From the NCBI GenBank assembly GCA_039208735.1, contig JBCCQY010000119.1, positions 1-28,085 on the forward strand: 28,085 bases of DNA, read 5' to 3'. The notes beneath the pieces are model-generated. The model was given only the letters and a program-made list of their open reading frames with translations, had not been told where the DNA came from and searched no databases. The translations under genes and the position numbers were made by a program. The stretch comes from Myxococcota bacterium (GTDB lineage: Bacteria > Myxococcota_A > UBA796 > GCA-2862545). This document shows, in pieces, positions 25,917-28,085 of the stretch; position 1 is the stretch's first letter; the number at the start of each line of letters is the position of its first letter.

Positions 25917-28085
25917 TGGTGGACCAGCTCCTCGTAGTAGCGACGTTTCATCGCTCGGTATTCTTCTGGTACCTCACCCTGCATTCCATCCTGGAGGGCT
26001 CGGCGATAGGCTTCGGGGGTTCGGAATTCTTCGCGTCCGGGAATCTCGAATTCGCCCGTGCTGATTTCTCCATCTCCGTGGCGATCCGTCTCTTCTTCGC
26101 CATCGGTCTGTTCGTCGCCGGGTTCTGACTCGCCAGGGTTCTGTCGAAGCGGCTGGGCCTGTTGCTGGGCTTGGCGACGCGCTTGTTCCAACGATTCGAT
26201 GGCATCCCGAATGCGCTGGGAAGCCACCCCTTGCGACCCTTCCGCCTGCATCAACTCGCCCTGGCCCAAATCGTCGGACGCGTTTTGCATGCGTTGCCCG
26301 GCGTCTTCGAGAGCCTCGTCCATGCCCTGTGGTGTCACGGGGAACTGTTGCGACAATTCCTCGGCCTGCTCGCGTGCCTGTTGGAGTCGGTTGTCGAGGT
26401 CGCGTTGGCGGTTCTCCAGGTCCTGGGCCTGTTCACGAGTCTGGGGGCTCGATTGGGGCTGGCTCGACTGCAACTGGTTGAGCAGCTCTTCCATTTCGTT
26501 GAGCTGTTGCAGCAGGGCGAGAACTTCGGGCCGCTGAGGACCCGACAACGTGCCATACCGTGAAAGCTCGCGCGAAATGGCCCGCAGCACGTTGTCCCAC
26601 GCCATGCGCGCCGTTTGAATCGAGACCCGGGCGCCCCTTGGATCGCGCGCGTTGATCGCAGCCGACAGATCGCGGGCTTCCTCGACCCCTGCGGCGGCCC
26701 GCTCTTGCTCAAAGAAGGCGCGATTGGCCTCCTTCAAACCATCGAGGTAGGCCTGGGCTCCCTCACGGTGCTCTGCCGCACGTCGTTCGAGTTCCTTCCA
26801 GAGTTTTTCGAGTTCATCCTCCGACCCACGGTCCTGTTCTCGGAGCTGTTGGACTTCGGCTTGCAGCTTGCGCTGTTCCTCTTCGATCGACCGCAGCTCG
26901 TTCTCTAATTCCGCGGCTTGGTTCTGGCTTTGTTGGCCCTGCTCCATACGCCGCTGCATTTCCTCCTGAATGCCACGGCCCATTTCCTCGACGAGTTCAG
27001 ACAGACGCTGCATCAGCTCTCGGGCTTCTTCGAGATCCCCTCGGGCGATGGCGTCTCGGATTTCCTCGACGAGAGAGGAGGCTTCGCTTTCTCGACTGTT
27101 GAGGAATTCGCGCAACCCGCTTTCGTCGAGCTTGCCCGCGCGCTCGGCAAGGTCCTGCATCATGCGCTGCAACGCATCGAGCTGCGACAGCAATTCGAGT
27201 GCTTCTGGCTCTTCTTTTTCGAGCGTACGTTCCATTGCTTCCGCCATCTCGCGGAGTTCCTGGGACTGCTGGACCAACTCGGCCAGGGCCTGGTTGCGTC
27301 GCATCCGATGGAAGGCCAGAATGCCGTCCTCCAGCGCCACGATGGCGTTGTCGCGAAGCTCGTCGAGCGTGTCCGAATCCTCGCTTTTGACGGGGCGAGT
27401 GGCACCTGGTTCGAAGGAGACTTGGGTGAACCGAACCAGATCGCGGCCGGTATCCACGACGCGTTGGGCGACCGCACGGTCGTGGGTGCTTGCCGAAACC
27501 CCGGCGAAGAGGGCCTCGACCCGTTCAACGAAGGGGGCGTAGCGTCCCGCTACCGTTTCTCCCCAATCGGCGAACAGGCCGGCGTTTCCTTGCATGGGCC
27601 AGGGCTCCACCAAGAAGTCCGCGAGCAGCGGGATCATAAGTTCGAGCAGCTCTTCTCTTCGCTCGCCCTCGCGAATGCCCACGCCGGTCGGTCCGAGCAC
27701 GACGAGTTCAACCGCCCGCGATTGGCCAATCTTCGAGCCCGAAACCGTATCGTTGTCCCACGCCATCACCGACATGGACACCCGGTCGCCCGCCTTCAGA
27801 CCGAGCTGTCGGGGACGAAGGGTCTGGGTCTTGCCGACATCCGCAATGCGACGTTCGGGGCGCGCCAAGATGCGCTCGGTCGGCGTGCCATTGAACGCAA
27901 GCACGACCTTTTGAATGCCGAAGTCGTCGCGAGCCTGCCAACGGATGGTGAAGGACTCGTCCACCGCCACTTCGATGACCTCACGCCCTTGGGCATCGAG
28001 CATCACCTCCGGCGGCAGATCGGGTGCCACATCGATCGCGAACTCCCGTGACGATTCAGGTTGGCCCTCGCGATAGAGCTGGAGC
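25913..28085 (-). CDS. DUF4175-like large coiled-coil protein (5' part lies beyond the window)
   Basis: The frame stays open from 28030 to the edge (LQLYREGQPESSREFAIDV). D.PPEV, ARDDFGI, L..GD......AWDNDTVSG.K.G.S Ig-like motif, long Q/E/L coiled coil, C-terminal VPEEYR....RYYEEL. Confidence 0.82.
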   Translation of the reverse strand, partial: LQLYREGQPESSREFAIDVAPDLPPEVMLDAQGREVIEVAVDESFTIRWQARDDFGIQKVVLAFNGTPTERILARPERRIADVGKTQTLRPRQLGLKAGDRVSMSVMAWDNDTVSGSKIGQSRAVELVVLGPTGVGIREGERREELLELMIPLLADFLVEPWPMQGNAGLFADWGETVAGRYAPFVERVEALFAGVSASTHDRAVAQRVVDTGRDLVRFTQVSFEPGATRPVKSEDSDTLDELRDNAIVALEDGILAFHRMRRNQALAELVQQSQELREMAEAMERTLEKEEPEALELLSQLDALQRMMQDLAERAGKLDESGLREFLNSRESEASSLVEEIRDAIARGDLEEARELMQRLSELVEEMGRGIQEEMQRRMEQGQQSQNQAAELENELRSIEEEQRKLQAEVQQLREQDRGSEDELEKLWKELERRAAEHREGAQAYLDGLKEANRAFFEQERAAAGVEEARDLSAAINARDPRGARVSIQTARMAWDNVLRAISRELSRYGTLSGPQRPEVLALLQQLNEMEELLNQLQSSQPQSSPQTREQAQDLENRQRDLDNRLQQAREQAEELSQQFPVTPQGMDEALEDAGQRMQNASDDLGQGELMQAEGSQGVASQRIRDAIESLEQARRQAQQQAQPLRQNPGESEPGDEQTDGEEETDRHGDGEISTGEFEIPGREEFRTPEAYRRALQDGMQGEVPEEYRAMKRRYYEELVHQ

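Noticed and set aside
1..28085. CRISPR arrays, tRNA/rRNA, IS elements, prophage or anti-phage defence genes (MoxR/vWA occurs in some defence loci)
   Set aside because: I saw no regularly spaced repeats, transposase, integrase, nuclease or phage genes. The MoxR cluster has the membrane BatA/DUF58 context rather than toxin or nuclease effectors.

Overview
High-GC bacterial chromosomal region, most consistent with Myxococcota/deltaproteobacteria. This is inferred from gene content: a TonB_C-fused TBDR, a eukaryotic-like Ser/Thr kinase and a DCDD Cys/Asp-repeat lipoprotein. It holds about 21 genes; I see no rRNA, tRNA, CRISPR array or mobile element. The left end carries an acidic lipoprotein (missing from the ORF track, truncated by the edge) and a TonB-dependent receptor preceded by tandem Zur-like boxes. 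Next comes a + strand run: nnrE, selO, a GluR0-like ligand-gated K+ channel and a Cys/Asp-repeat lipoprotein. The middle holds a bestrophin, a Ser/Thr kinase with a coupled partner, a LysR/DoxX pair, a TPR-sulfotransferase and an orphan ORF. The right 13 kb (- strand) is a seven-gene operon with six consecutive 4-bp stop/start overlaps: DUF4175-like, TPR/metallopeptidase/thioredoxin fusion, MoxR, DUF58, BatA-vWA, Tat-signal DUF4159-like and vWA/GATase-like. A divergent EF-G paralogue lacking the domain IV translocation motifs follows it. The MoxR operon, and its peptidase-thioredoxin fusion in particular, is the best candidate for an uncharacterised system. Family assignments come from motif recognition by eye; no searches were run.
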